Positions 25,180-37,780 of a DNA stretch of 64,000 nucleotides are shown in pieces. How positions within the stretch are numbered: the stretch's first letter is position 1; each line of letters starts with the position of its first letter. The DNA is taken from NCBI GenBank assembly GCA_030704615.1, contig CM060733.1, positions 74,772,001-74,836,000 on the forward strand, given 5' to 3'. Both the position numbers and the translations under genes were made by a program. Under the pieces are notes generated by a model. The model did not search any database and was not told where the DNA came from. It was given only the letters and a program-made list of their open reading frames with translations. Source of the stretch: Takakia lepidozioides (taxonomy: Eukaryota > Plantae > Bryophyta).

Positions 25180-27661
25180 TTCACCGAGCCCGAATGCGGT
25201 GGGCATCACGCCAAAACAACCCAAGGCACATGAACGGCCCCCCACATTGAGGACAGTAATAGCGGAGTTCTCTTGCGGCACTGTCCACACAAACGCCGAA
25301 GAGGGCTATGCAAGCACTGGTGCACATGGGCATGACTGCCAGTATCATAAATTGAGGTCATCTCCAAGCTCGCCCATGTGCCAGCAGTCAACGACTGTGC
25401 CAACACCAAATTGAACTGCAGATGGGAGATGGGACGCTTACCAATGTGCCTTATCTGTGCACAGTGCAAGACATAAGCATTCACCATGGTGGTGTCCAGC
25501 AGAAAGAAAAAGAAGCGATGCCACCACTTCTTTGTCTTCAGTTGGCAGCTATATGCCCCACGCAGCTGGTCCTGCACGTCCACACCCCGCATAAACGTTG
25601 GGTATTGCACATGCATAGGCACCGATGGAACATGCACTCTATTGTTGCCCACAAACCGGCGAACAGTGATTGGGGAATTCGGCCCACATGCAGGTCGAGC
25701 CGCCGATGAAATGAGAAACACTGCCTTTTTATCCCACCACAACACAGCAGCGATCTGCGCCCTTGAAGAGTGCATCTTGAACCAACTATCACCTTGCATA
25801 ACGGTCTTCATCTTTTTCTTTCTAAGCAAAGCAGCAGGCAGGCCCTTCCTATTCAACCTCACAGTGCCAGTGGCCCATGTCCCAAGATGGGCCATGTCAT
25901 AAAACAGTTGGGGTGAGGTGAAAACGTTATCAGTCACCACCACATGGCCCAATCCATGCAAGGGTCCAATCAAATTCGTGACCATGTCGTACCCTTCACC
26001 TTTACCGCTTTTGTGCCTCACTCCTGCAGGGCCTCCATTCTTGCGGCCACAGTACACATCAAAGTCATACACATAACTAGACTTGGCATCCGCCAGTGCC
26101 CAAATTTTGATGCCCCACTTCACGGGCTTCTTTGGCATGTACTGTCTAATTCCACAGTACTTGCATCCACTGTTACCATTTTGCCCAAATTCCAGTGCAA
26201 CTTGCATCTACTCACCACCTCATCGCAGGTCCACCGCACCTTGCCAAGTTTGTCATACAAGGGGCTGCTACGATCAGAAATCAACAAGGCATTATCCACA
26301 AGATGCAAGCAGCAGAGAATGGCCTCGAACATGTCCCTGCTCATGACCTTCCTAATCACTTGGCATGAAAAGAAAATTTCGCTCAACTGCCAATAGCACC
26401 TGGTCTTCGACAGCTTCTTCATGCCCATGAAGAGACAAATACCTACCCAAGCTCTTAGCTCGGGGACAGTGAGAGGCACCCATGCAGACCCACCCCGAGT
26501 ACCAATTCGGACTTGTTCGCCAGCGTAACGATTTGTCTCCCTGCAAATGCGCTGCAGCACAACCAACCTCCAAAACAAATTAAAAAAAGACAAGATATTG
26601 GCGCCTCTCATGGCCGCCACTACTGGCCCAGGCTCAAGTCCTAGAAAGGCCTCCCTATCCCCCAAAAAAGTTGTGTCCGTGCCAGTGTTTTTTTTTTTCA
26701 CTTTTCCTCAATCGTAGGCAGGACGACATGTAGATTCTACCCAGTGCCCATATGGCGAGACTAACGAGGTGACCTAGTTAGAAAAGTGGCTATATTACAG
26801 GTGTCATATTTTAACAGGTCCACGTAGGACAAATCTGGCTCCTGATATTTGACCATTGGCGCTTTCTGGCGATTTTTTAAAATTTTACTCTCGTAATTCC
26901 TTAGTAAAAGTAGCTGACCCATTTTCCAGTCGAAATCTGGCGATTTTTTGCCAGATTAAAAAACACTGGTCCATGCACTCCCATTCCTTTGCAGCAAACA
27001 ACTCGGCAAATGAGACACTATTCTCTTCATCCACATCCTCTAACTCCATACCCCTAGTGTCCCAGTCATCATCTATCACACTATCACCCTCGTAGGCATC
27101 ATTGGCATCTATGAAATCATTGCCTTCATCTCTCAGATTGGTGTCAGCAAAGTCGTATGCAAGGAACTCAAATGGTTCAGACCAATCCTCACAAACATTG
27201 GCTGGCAACTCCAACACACCCTTCTCCCCCATGTCAACGACTAACCACTTCATACTACCCTTATGAAAGGTTTCAAGGACAAGACCATGCACCTAGGCAT
27301 TCTCACTCTGCATCCTCACTTTCCACTCCCAAGTTACAATATGATGGCAACTTTGCCTAATACTAGAAGATGCACCACACATAGTGTCATCGGGCACTTC
27401 TGACCATTGTGGCATATCATGGAAAGACTCTGCCCCAAAACCTTCACCACTAGAAAGACAATTGGGCTGCAATGCACCTAAAGGGGATCTGCATAGGCTA
27501 GGCAACACAAATGCCGACACAGGCGGGGGACTTGTGCAACCCCCTGGTGCCTGCAATCCCATCCCACAAACCCTATCACATTTCCTCTGAACAGGAAGCC
27601 TCGGGGGAGGCGACCTTATACTCTCCGGAACCTGGCGTTTCCCTCTCGCTGCCATCTTCAT
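25180..27661 (-). pseudogene. piggyBac (PGBD4-like, DDD) transposase pseudogene
   Basis: Motifs ETNRYA, MSRDMFEAIL, QYMPKKPVKWGIK, VVTDNVFTS, ATGTVRLNR, MRGVDVQDQ and KKWW, plus a C-terminal Cys-rich tail. Defects: in-frame stop at 27293-27295, MITE at 26683-26968, frameshift at the first catalytic VD(E) near 26165, and a frameshift near 25260. Confidence 0.92.
26683..26968. mobile_element. 286-bp hAT-type MITE inserted in the piggyBac transposase
   Basis: TIR CAGTGTTTTTT...AAAAAACACTG. 8-bp TSD GTCCGTGC (26675-26682) and GTCCATGC (26969-26976). Removing it restores the frame (..KEWECMD-TTFLGDRE..). Confidence 0.9.
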
Positions 27662-29059
27662 TTGCTTGAGTATCGGCCTCAGGCCAGATGACCTCTCTCA
27701 ACACGTCGTTCACTTTGTCACTAAAGCCTAGGGGATCCCCTTCCTCCCTCCTCTCTTTCCACCCAAGGAACTAGCTCCCTCTTGTCTTTTGTTCCCCCAC
27801 TAGTGCCCTCCCCCGGCTACACCTCTCTCCTTCTACGCCTCTTTCTCTTTCGCTCCCTCTCCTGGGCCTGTCCTTTCCCCTTCCCCTCGACTACTCCCCC
27901 CCCCCCCCTCCACTACTTCCCTACCCTCCTTGATGATTCGGGGAACCTCATGGACACGACGTCTTTTCCTCTTCCTCTTACCATCCCCACGGGTAGGCAC
28001 CGCCACTGTCCCTGCTTTGTCAGTGGCAATCCCATTGCTTGCCACAAGCTTAGCCACGAATGCGCCAAGCTCCTGAACACAAAACCCACAAAATTAGAAA
28101 CAAACCAGAAAGAAAATGAAAGGCAAAGGAAAGAAAATGAAAGTGAAGGAAAGAGGCTCACCTTTGCGTCCATGACCTCAATGTTGCCCTCGGTCCCCGC
28201 TTGTGTGCACCCCCCATAAGGCCCTCTCGGAATAAGGGTGGAAGCCTGTCCCATGCACCCAATAGGCTCGCAGGCGGCGCCCCAAAGTCCAGGGTCTTCT
28301 TCAATGACCGTTCAGGCGACGGACTTCGCAAGGGGCCCTCCAAAGCTAGTGTCACCCTCTCCTCTTCCCCCTCCCTTTCCCGTGCCCCCTTATTTCCCCT
28401 CTTCCTCTTCTTGTCTTCCTCCCTCTCCCCTTTCCTCCTCCTCCACCTCATTGCGGCCTTTTGAAGCCTCCCTCTTCTCCCAAGGTGAGGAGGAACCCAC
28501 CCCCTTCTGACCCCCCCCCCCCACCTTATAGGCCCTCTTGGCTGCAGAAGAAAGGGAAAAGGCATTGGCGGTGGGGCTAAGATCAAGTTGCCCATACCTG
28601 GCGCCAGATCTGAGAATGCGCTTTCCCATGTAAAAGTCAGGGCGTGGGGTGGCGTCCCAGCCTGAACATTGGGTGCACCACCCTCATGTGGAGGCTCATC
28701 CTCAGCCTCTTTCGAGGGCGTGGAGGCCTCAATGGCCTTACGGCTTGGTCCTCTCACATAGCCGCCTATAGGGCTGGTGAGTTTGGACCAAGTGGACCGT
28801 ATCACACGCCGTCAATGACGGGAGCGTTGTCAGGCTTGCCTACCTTAGCGGCATTTCTGCTCCTTCGCCGGCGCCTTCACCTTGTCCTTCGCCATACTAC
28901 GAGCTTATCCCTGTGCCCACAACACTACTACCCTGTGATTTCACACGCCAAAAACAAACAAGGCCTGACCCTCCCCCTTCCCCTCTCTCCCTCTCCCTCT
29001 ATCTTTATGTCCTTCTCCATCTCCCCATTTCTCTCTCTGCTGATAAGCAAAAAAAGAGA

Positions 29060-29800
29060 AGAGGAGGTGGGGGGGGGGGGGGGGGGGGGGGGGGGCTGAG
29101 CACCAACACTTGCTGCTGCTGTCAGTCCCCCGCCCCACCATTCCAAAAAGCGAAAAAAAAAAAAGGTGGGGGGGCTGAGCAGCATCAGCAAGTACTTGCT
29201 GCTGCAGCTCTCAGCGTCCCCCACCATTGCCAAAACCAAAAAATGACAGGTCGGGGGGGGGGGTAAGACCAGCAACAGCAAGTTGCTCTCAGCACCCCCC
29301 CCCATTCCAAAACAAAAAACGAAAAGGTGGGGGGGGAAGTGACTGAGCAGCAGCAGCTGCTGAGTCACCCCCCCCCCCCCCCTTCTTTTTTATTTTTCTT
29401 CCCTCATCTCTCCCCTCTCTCCCTCTCTCCCTCTCTCTCCCTCTCTCCCTCTCTCTCCCTCTGTCCCATCATGATGTGGAGAGAGAAGGACTGTTGAGGG
29501 GGAAACCAAAAAAAAAACGGTGGGGGGGTGGGGAAGTGACTGGAGCAGCAGCAAATTGCTGCTGCTGCTCCAGTCACTTCCCCCCCCCTTTTTTTTTTTT
29601 TTTTTCTCTCTCTCATCTCTCCCTCTCTCTCCCTCTTTCCCCTCATCTGTCCCTCTGTCCCATCAAGATGTGGAGAGAGAGGGAGAGAGGGAGAAAAAGG
29701 GAGTGATGAGGGAAAAAAAAAAAAAAAAAAAAAAAAAAGTGGGGGTTGGGGGGGGGGGTGACTCAGCAGCAGCAGCCTCTCAGTCCCCCCCACCTTCTTT
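29060..29800. repeat. Array of G-run/(CAG)n/C-run hairpin units separated by CT-rich and homopolymer tracts
   Basis: Perfect 24-bp stem at 29530-29553/29560-29583. Related units near 29090, 29170, 29240, 29335 and 29755. Confidence 0.8.
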
Positions 29801-29866
29801 TTTATTTTCTTTCCCTCATCCCCTCATTTCCTTTCCCTCGCTCCCTCTCTCCCTCTGTCTCCCTCC

Positions 29867-31829
29867 TCGGAACTGGCCGGTGTTGCATCTTTTCATGATT
29901 TTCCATTTATAGCAGATGGATTCTAAAAGGTGTTTTCACCCGACTTGTAAAGGTTTTCTATCCATACCGGAAGAATCACCTGGGTGGACACTAAAGTACC
30001 TTTAAAAAGGACCAATAATTTTTCATTCCTCTTTTATTGACTTTCATCTATATCAGATGAGTCATCAGAGAATGAGGAATTACCTCCATAAGGGTTATGA
30101 CACTAGCATCCTATCTATAATTTTTTCCATCCATGCCGGATGAAAAATACCAGGATCTGAATTCGTTTTATTCCCCCTTTATGCTTTTTTTTCCGTACTG
30201 GATGAGGCTTTCTCTTAAAGGATGACGAATTACCTGTTAGGATGAAAAACCGCTGCCCTGGATGATGGATACTACTTTTTCATCCTACTGATGGACCTCA
30301 TCCAAACAAATGAACCTATTTATTTTTTCATCTGGACCGGATGAAAAAAACAGCTTATGATGGCCATGGAGATTTTTTTAATTACCCTTAATTATTGCTA
30401 ATTAAGGAGTGAAACCCTAACTCCTACCCTATAATCTACTGTTTAAACCTAGCTAACGGATGACATCCGTCGGGTTCTTAAGAGAAAGGGTATTGATTAT
30501 TCATCCTCCGGATGAAAAATCGGGCTCTGCCCTAGGGTGTCTCTCCCGCTGTCAGCTGCATTCCTCGTGCTGCTGAGCTCGCGAGTTATGGCGTCTGAGC
30601 TCTGCTACTACCCTGTCTGCTGCTTCATGCCGGACGAGCTCCTGGGGATGCGCAATGGCGGCGTCTTGTCTCTTCTCACAGGCGGGAGAACCCGTTGTGA
30701 TGGCATCGTCCCTTTCCCTCCTCTGGCTTTTATGTTTCGCAGCGGCGCTTTGGTGGGGAAGTATATCGATCTCTCTCCCTTCTTAGACCTAGCATTTGTA
30801 TGCTTTGCTTCTCCTTAGCTGTGCTTGACGTGGCGTGTTGGTGGCGATGGCGCAGTGTTACCTTCCCCAATCGCTCAAGGCTTTTGGCGATTAGGGTTCC
30901 TTTTACTTCATATCTTTCTCTCTTGTTTTTTGGGGTTCTTAGTTGACATCGATAACAAGTGTAGGGGTCTGTGATTCACCCGGGGTTCCACAATCCTCAC
31001 TAACCCATTGGTTTTTGTGGGGGCTTGTGATGGGACCAGGTGAGGATCCCTACCTACTTTGAATTCTCTTGAGCTTGCAGATAAGGATGTGTGCAAAAGG
31101 AACATACTGCTGCTGCCTGCAGCCCCGATTTCGGCCCGCTTGCTCCCGGTTTGACATGATGATGCTTGCTTTTGACTTATCTTTTGCGGCTGCTGATGGA
31201 GCACTTTGGCCTGGCAGCCTTGTCTCATGCAGCACTACATGTGAATCCTACCTTGTCTTGAATCTTTGACAGCTTTGCCTGTGGATTTTATTTTTTTTTG
31301 GCCTTAAAAGAGGATTGATGGTGTAAGGGACAAGTCATAAGTGGTTGTTTGGCTCTAAGGATGAGAAGACCTAAGTTTTGTTAAAGAAGACAGCCTGATA
31401 AGGCAGTGACAGGCTGTTTTCAGACCTGGTTTTGTTGTGGAATGAAGCATAGTGAGGTTCTATTTGCAAAACATGGCATTAGCCTCCTGTGAAACAATGA
31501 CGGTAAGCTCTAAAGGACTCTGGCCAATGATTATTTACTCTATTTTGCCATATGAACAGCCACCTGCATTGTATGATTTATCTTGGTCAAGTGGACTTGG
31601 TCTTGGGTACTCAAAGTGTATGTATGTCCAGATCTGGATGCTGTGACAAGGCAGGCCTTTCTTCCATGCAAGAGTCCTATGTGCATAGGTCATGAATATA
31701 TACAATGACAGACTGTTCTTACATACCCAGAAGGCCTTGCACAATGCATGCTTTTGGGGTGCTTAGATTTGGCCAAATGTGAAGCTGTAATATGGCTTAC
31801 CTTGCCCAAGAAGTGTACTTGGTGGCAGG
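29867..31829 (+). repeat. GGATGA/TCATCC-rich long repeat family, copy 1 (broken at 31829; continues inverted at 35054-34669 and at 45245-45360)
   Basis: Aligns in inverted orientation with about 48519-50570 over roughly 2 kb, at about 85-90% identity by eye. Confidence 0.9.
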
Positions 31830-33410
31830 AGGTCCATGGTGACACCTTCAGAGCTGGAATTGTACCAAATGTCATTTTGAACAATACCCTAGTGGATATG
31901 TAGGCAAAATGTGGGTGCATCGGGGATGCAAAGGGAGTGTTCAACACTATGGCTGAACGAGATGTGGTGTCGTGGAGTGCGATGCTTGCAGGGTATGCAA
32001 CACAAGGACGTGGGATGGAGGCTTTGGAGACCTATGAGCAACTGAAGGGGGAATGGGTCCAGCCCAGCCACATCATGTTTGTATGCATTGTAGGCCTGGC
32101 AGCCCTGGAGAAGGGTAAAGAGGTGCATGGGGATATCATCAAAGCTGGAATTGTACCTAATGTCATTCCATACACTACCCTGGCAGCTCTGGAAAAGGGG
32201 AAGGAGGACCGTGGTGATATCTTCAGAGCTGGAATTGTACCAAATGTCATTCTGAACAATACCCTAGTGGACATGTATGCAAAATGTGGGTGCATCGGGG
32301 ATGCAAAGGGAGTGTTCAACACTATGGCTGAACGAGATGTGGTGTCGTGGAGTGCGATGCTTACAGGGTATGCACAGTAGGGACGTGGGATGGACGCTTT
32401 GGAGACCTATGAGCAACTGAAGGGGGAAGGGGTCCAGCCCGGCCACATCATGTTTGTATGCATTGCAAGCCTGGCAGCCCTGGAGAAGGGCAAAGAGGTG
32501 CATGGGGATATCATCAAAGCTGGAATTGTACCTAATGTCATTCGAAACTGCCCTGGCAGCTCTGGAAAAGGGGAAGGAGGTCCATGGTACAATTCCAGCT
32601 TTGATGATATCCCCATGCACCTCTTTGCCCTTCTCCAGGGCTGTCGGGCCTGCAATGCATACAAACATGATGTGGCCGGGCTGGACCCCTTCCCCCTTCA
32701 GTTGCTCATAGGTCTCCAAAGCCTCCATCCTATGTCCTGCTTTGCATACCCTGCAAGCATCGCACTCCACGACACCACATCTCGTTCAGCCATAGTGTTG
32801 AACACTCCTTTTGCATCCTCGATGCACCCACATTTTGCATACATGTCCACTAGGGTATTGTTCAAAATGACATTTGGTACAATTCCAACTCTGAAGGTGT
32901 CACCATGGAACTGCCAGGGCAATGTTTCGAATGACATTAGGTGCAATTCCAGCTTTGATGATATCCCCATGCACCTCTTTGCCCTTCTCCAGGGCTGCCA
33001 GGCCTGCAATGCATACAAACATAATGTGGCCAGGCTAGACCCCTTCCCCCATCATTTGCTCATAGGTCTCCAAAGCCTCCATCCCACGTTCCTGCTGTGC
33101 ATACCTGCAAGCATCGCACTCCACGACACCACATCTCGTTCAGCCATAGTGTTGAACACTCCCTTTGCATCCCCGATGCACCCACATTTGCATACATGTC
33201 TACTAGGGTATTGTTCAGAATGACATTTGGTACAATTCCAGCTCTGAAGATGTCACCACGGACCTCCTCCCCCTTTTCCAGAGCTGCCAGGGCAGTATTT
33301 AGAATGACATTAGGTACAATTCCAGCTTTGATGATATCCCCATGCACCTCTTCACCCTTCTCAAGGGTTGCCAAGCTTGCACAAGCATTGCAATGCACAC
33401 AAACATGATG
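31828..33410. pseudogene. PLS-class PPR repeat fragments in fold-back arrangement (+ to about 32585, - after)
   Basis: Repeated [53 protein letters not shown]...GKEVHGDIIKAG units with stops and frameshifts. The strand switches at about 32587. Confidence 0.92.
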
Positions 33411-33439
33411 TGAGAGGGCAAAACAGGTTGAAATAGGTC

Positions 33440-33600
33440 AAAGAAGAAGATGCCCTCACCACATTGTCCTTGAGGTTGTGTCATGACTTGACCGACCATC
33501 AACCCAAAAGGACCTCTTGTGTGTGCTGCTTGTGTCTGTAGTCAGGTAATGTCGGATTGGTCTGTGAGATCGAACCACCACGGTGTAGCTGAGTAGGCAA
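33440..33600 (-). pseudogene. Degenerate OSB/PTAC9-type PDF motif directly upstream of the PPR repeats
   Basis: The minus strand reads PWWFD..(fs)NPTLPDYRHKQHTQEV(fs)LWVDGRS, matching the WWDNR..KNP..PDFKHK....LW motif. Confidence 0.6.
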
Positions 33601-34399
33601 AGATTGAAACACGGCCTGCTATGACCAAGCTAACTCTCCCAAGAACGGCAAGCTTGCAAGAATGTTGCGAGCTTCTCCTCGTCTCATCTCCTCCTCTCCT
33701 CCTCCTTCCTGCATCATTTGCTCAACGCCTCCATCCCACGCCCCTGCATATCCTGCGATCATCGCGTTCCATCCCTCGCTACATGGTGTGGCGCAGGAAC
33801 CAAAAAAAAAACGCCAAGTCCCAGCCCTCCTCTGTGTTCATGATTACCCTAGTGGGCAACCTTATTAGCAATTTTTTGACTTTTTAACCTTTTGCACTTT
33901 GATTCATTCTAGGTCAGAGGCTAAAGTCCTGCTATCAGACTTGTCTAGAAAACCAAAACACCACGTAGATAAACATTTGATAATGGTAATAAAATATATT
34001 ACCATTGGGCTGGTTTGAACACTTGTTAGTAAATTTAGGTTAGGATTTTTAGGTTAGGATTTTTTCGAAATATTCTGGTTTTTTCTTTGATGTGTGAGAT
34101 GACAAAGTCCAAGCATGTCACATAAACAAGGAGTTCAACGTAAGGATGATGCAAGTGATTTGTGGCAAAAAGTGTAAATCATGCCTATGCCTATTTGTCC
34201 TAGTTGTGTCATAGGTTGCAACGGAACGGGGCCACCTTTGAATGCGATCCCCATGCTCATTTCACCAAGGGCATTATAGACTTCATAATGTAGAGATTGA
34301 AAATGGGGTGTATTCTTCACTTGCTAGTACCATCGTGCAGATTTCTAAACATGAACATGAAGTTCATAATCATTTTCCAATGGCATCATTCTCAAACTC

Positions 34400-34668
34400 C
34401 CCATACACCACAATCAGTGGAAATAATTGTATGTTCCCATTTCACACAGGTGTGTAACATGCCATGTAAACTAAGCCAACCCCTGCCACGCTCATGGCTG
34501 TTTTCACACCGTTCTTGCCTGGGATGTGGACCACATGTGAGACACCCCACAGTTAGGGCATATTTAGACCCACACCTTGGCTCAGTGTACAGACCCGTGA
34601 TAAAAGCCGTGGAATGTGCCAGGTGTGGGATGGCAGAGCCGTGGAAAAAACCGGTTTCTCTTCTAGTG
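34400..34668 (-). mobile_element. Left terminus of CACTA element 2 (displaced by inversion)
   Basis: CCGGTTTCTCTTCTAGTG ends at 34668 (rc CACTAGAAGAGAAACCGG), flanked by CAT. CCGTGG/CCGTGA subterminal repeats. Confidence 0.85.
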
Positions 34669-35054
34669 CATCTAACATTTCCAGTTTTGTCATAACACGC
34701 CAAGTGACGCCACCCATTCAGTCATGATAAAACAGGGTGGGAGGGCTGGGTATGTTCATAATCAGATTCCTGTCATGTACCCAAGTGACCCTTATGCACA
34801 ATATAAGTCAGATTGTAGCCTCAAATTTCATCATCCATAATTATCCATAAGATATGCACCATGCAAGATATCATGGGCATATAAGAGTATCTTGCCACAA
34901 TACAGATCCAAGATATGTATACACAAGTACCTTGAGGTGATCCAAGACAAGCATTATGCAAAGTAGGTAAGAACAGTCTGCCTTGCAACACATTCAGTGA
35001 GTGTTCACACCGGCAGCAGGAAGGACCAGCCTGCAATTAATTACACTTCAGGCC

Positions 35055-37780
35055 CCTTTTTAGCTGGAATTGTACCAAATGTCATTTTGAACAATACACT
35101 AGTGGACATGTAGGCAAAATGTGGGTGCATCGGGGATGCAAAGGGAGTGTTCAACACTATGGCTGAACGAGATGTGGTGTCGTGGAGTGCGATGCTTGCA
35201 GGTATGCACAGCAGGAACATGGGATGGAGGCTTTGGAGACCTATGAGCAAATGATGGGGGAAGGGGTCTAGCCTGGCCACATTATGTTTGTATGCATTGC
35301 AGGCCTGGCAGCCCTGGAGAAGGGCAAAGAGGTGCATGGGGATATCATCAAAGCTGGAATTGCACCTAATGTCATTCGAAACATTGCCCTGGCAGTTCCA
35401 TGGTGACACCTTCAGAGTTGAAATTGTACCAAATGTCATTTTGAACAATACCCTAGTGGACATGTATGCAAAATGTGGGTGCATCGAGGATGCAAAAGGA
35501 GTGTTCAACACTATGGCTGAACGAGATGTGGTGTCGTGGAGTGCGATGCTTGCAGGGTATGCAAAGCAGGGACATAGGATGGAGGCTTTGGAGACCTATG
35601 AGCAACTGAAGGGGGAAGGGGTCCAGCCCGGCCACATCATGTTTGTATGCATTGCAGGCCCGACAGCCCTGGAGAAGGGCAAAGAGGTGCATGGGGATAT
35701 CATCAAAGCTGGAATTGTACCATGGACCTCCTTCCCCTTTTCCAGAGCTGCCAGGGCAGTGTTTCGAATGACATTAGGTACAATTCCAGCTTTGATGATA
35801 TCCCCATGCACCTCTTTGCCCTTCTCCAGGGCTGCCAGGCTTGCAATGCATACAAACATGATGTGGCCGGGCTGGACCCCTTCCCCCTTCAGTTGCTCAT
35901 AGGTCTCCAAAGCGTCCATCCCACGTCCCTACTGTGCATACCCTGTAAGCATCGCACTCCACGACACCACATCTCGTTCAGCCATAGTGTTGAACACTCC
36001 CTTTGCATCCCCGATGCACCCACATTTTGCATACATGTCCCACTAGGGTATTGTTCAGAATGACATTTGGTACAATTCCAGCTCTGAAGATATCACCACG
36101 GTCCTCCTTCCCCTTTTCCAGAGCTGCCAGGGTAGTGTATGGAATGACATTAGGTACAATTCCAGCTTTGATGATATCCCCATGCACCTCTTTACCCTTC
36201 TCCAGGGCTGCCAGGCCTACAATGCATACAAACATGATGTGGCTGGGCTGGACCCATTCCCCCTTCAGTTGCTCATAGGTCTCCAAAGCCTCCATCCCAC
36301 GTCCTTGTTGTGCATACCCTGCAAGCATCGCACTCCACGACACCACATCTCGTTCAGCCATAGTGTTGAACACTCCCTTTGCATCCCCGATGCACCACAT
36401 TTGCCTACATATCCACTAGGGTATTGTTCAAAATGACATTTGGTACAATTCCAGCTCTGAAGGTGTCACCATGGACCTCCTTCCCTTTTTAGCTGGAATT
36501 GTACCAAATGTCATTTTGAACAATACACTAGTGGACATGTAGGCAAAATGTGGGTGCATCGGGGATGCAAAGGGAGTGTTCAACACTATGGCTGAACGAG
36601 ATGTGGTGTCGTGGAGTGCGATGCTTGCAGGGTATGCACAGCAGGGACGTGGGATGGAGGCTTTGGAGACCTATGAGCAAATGATGGGGGAAGGGGTTCA
36701 GCCCGGCCACATCATGTTTGTATGCAATGCAGGCCTGGCAGCCCTGGAGAAGGGCAAAGAGGTGCATGGGGATATCATCAAAGCTGGAATTGTACCTAAT
36801 GTCATTCGAAACACTGCCCTGGTAGCTCTGGAAAAGGGGAAGGAGGTCCATGGTGCTTCAGAGTTGGAATTGTACCAAATGTCATTTTGAACAATACCCT
36901 AGTGGACATGTATGCAAAATGTGGGTGCATCGAGGATGCAAAGGGAGTGTTCAACACTATGGCTGAACGAGATGTGGTGTCGTGGAGTGCGATGCTTGCA
37001 GGGTGTGCACAGCAGGGACGTGGGATGGAGGCTTTGGAGACCTATGAGCAAATGATGGGGAAAGGGGTTCAGCCCGGCCACATCATGTGTGTGTGCATTG
37101 CAGGCCTGACAGCCCTGATTTAAATCAGGCACCTCAACCATACCACAGCTTCTAAAAGAGGATCAAGAGAGGGAGTCCATAATGCCTCTTCTTGCTCTTC
37201 TGGGCATGTGAAGATGCTTTGTGAGGCAGGCAGACTGAAAGAGGCTCTACAACCTTTAAACCAAGGAGCATTTCAGTCACATTATCCAAAGTGGATTCAC
37301 ACCAAGTGTTTTTCTCCTCAACCCCTTGTGAACATGTATGTTAAGTGCAGGAGCATCATGATGAATGCACCGAGTGTTCAACGGAATGCCTCAACGAACT
37401 TTGATCACGTTGAATATAATGTTGGCAGGATTTAACATGGGTGTGGTAGGAATGCTTTGGAGACCTATGAGCTGCTACGCGAAGGGGTGAAGCCCAACCA
37501 CATCACATTTGTTTGTAATGCATGTGCAAACCTAGGAGCTCTGGAAAAGGGCAAAGAGGTCCATGGTGACATCGTCAAATCTGGAATTGTACCCATGTCA
37601 TTCTGAACACTGCCCTGGTGGACTGCATGTATGCCAAATGTGGGTGCATCGAGGATGCAAAGGAAGTGTTTGACAGTATGGCTGAACGAGATGTGGTGTC
37701 GTGGAGTGCGATGATTGCAGGATATGCACAGCAAGGGCGCGGATGGAGGCTTTGGAGACCTATGAGCAATGATGCGGGAA
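35055..37780. pseudogene. PLS-class PPR fragment array (+ 35060-35720, - 35722-36481, + 36490-37780)
   Basis: Same roughly 355-375-bp unit as 31828-33410. 35110-36481 is a near-identical inverted copy of 31828-33190. A PPR N-terminus-like KMLCEAGRLKEAL lies at 37210. Confidence 0.92.

Noticed and set aside
27782-29912. ORFs in the CT/GA-rich and homopolymer region, including 28158-28805
   Set aside because: Low-complexity translations. There are donor-like sites near 28160 and 28843 but no supportable protein family.
30537-30818. Conserved small protein (similar ORF at 49619-49870)
   Set aside because: The similarity is explained by the DNA duplication. Non-ATG starts and no domain evidence.
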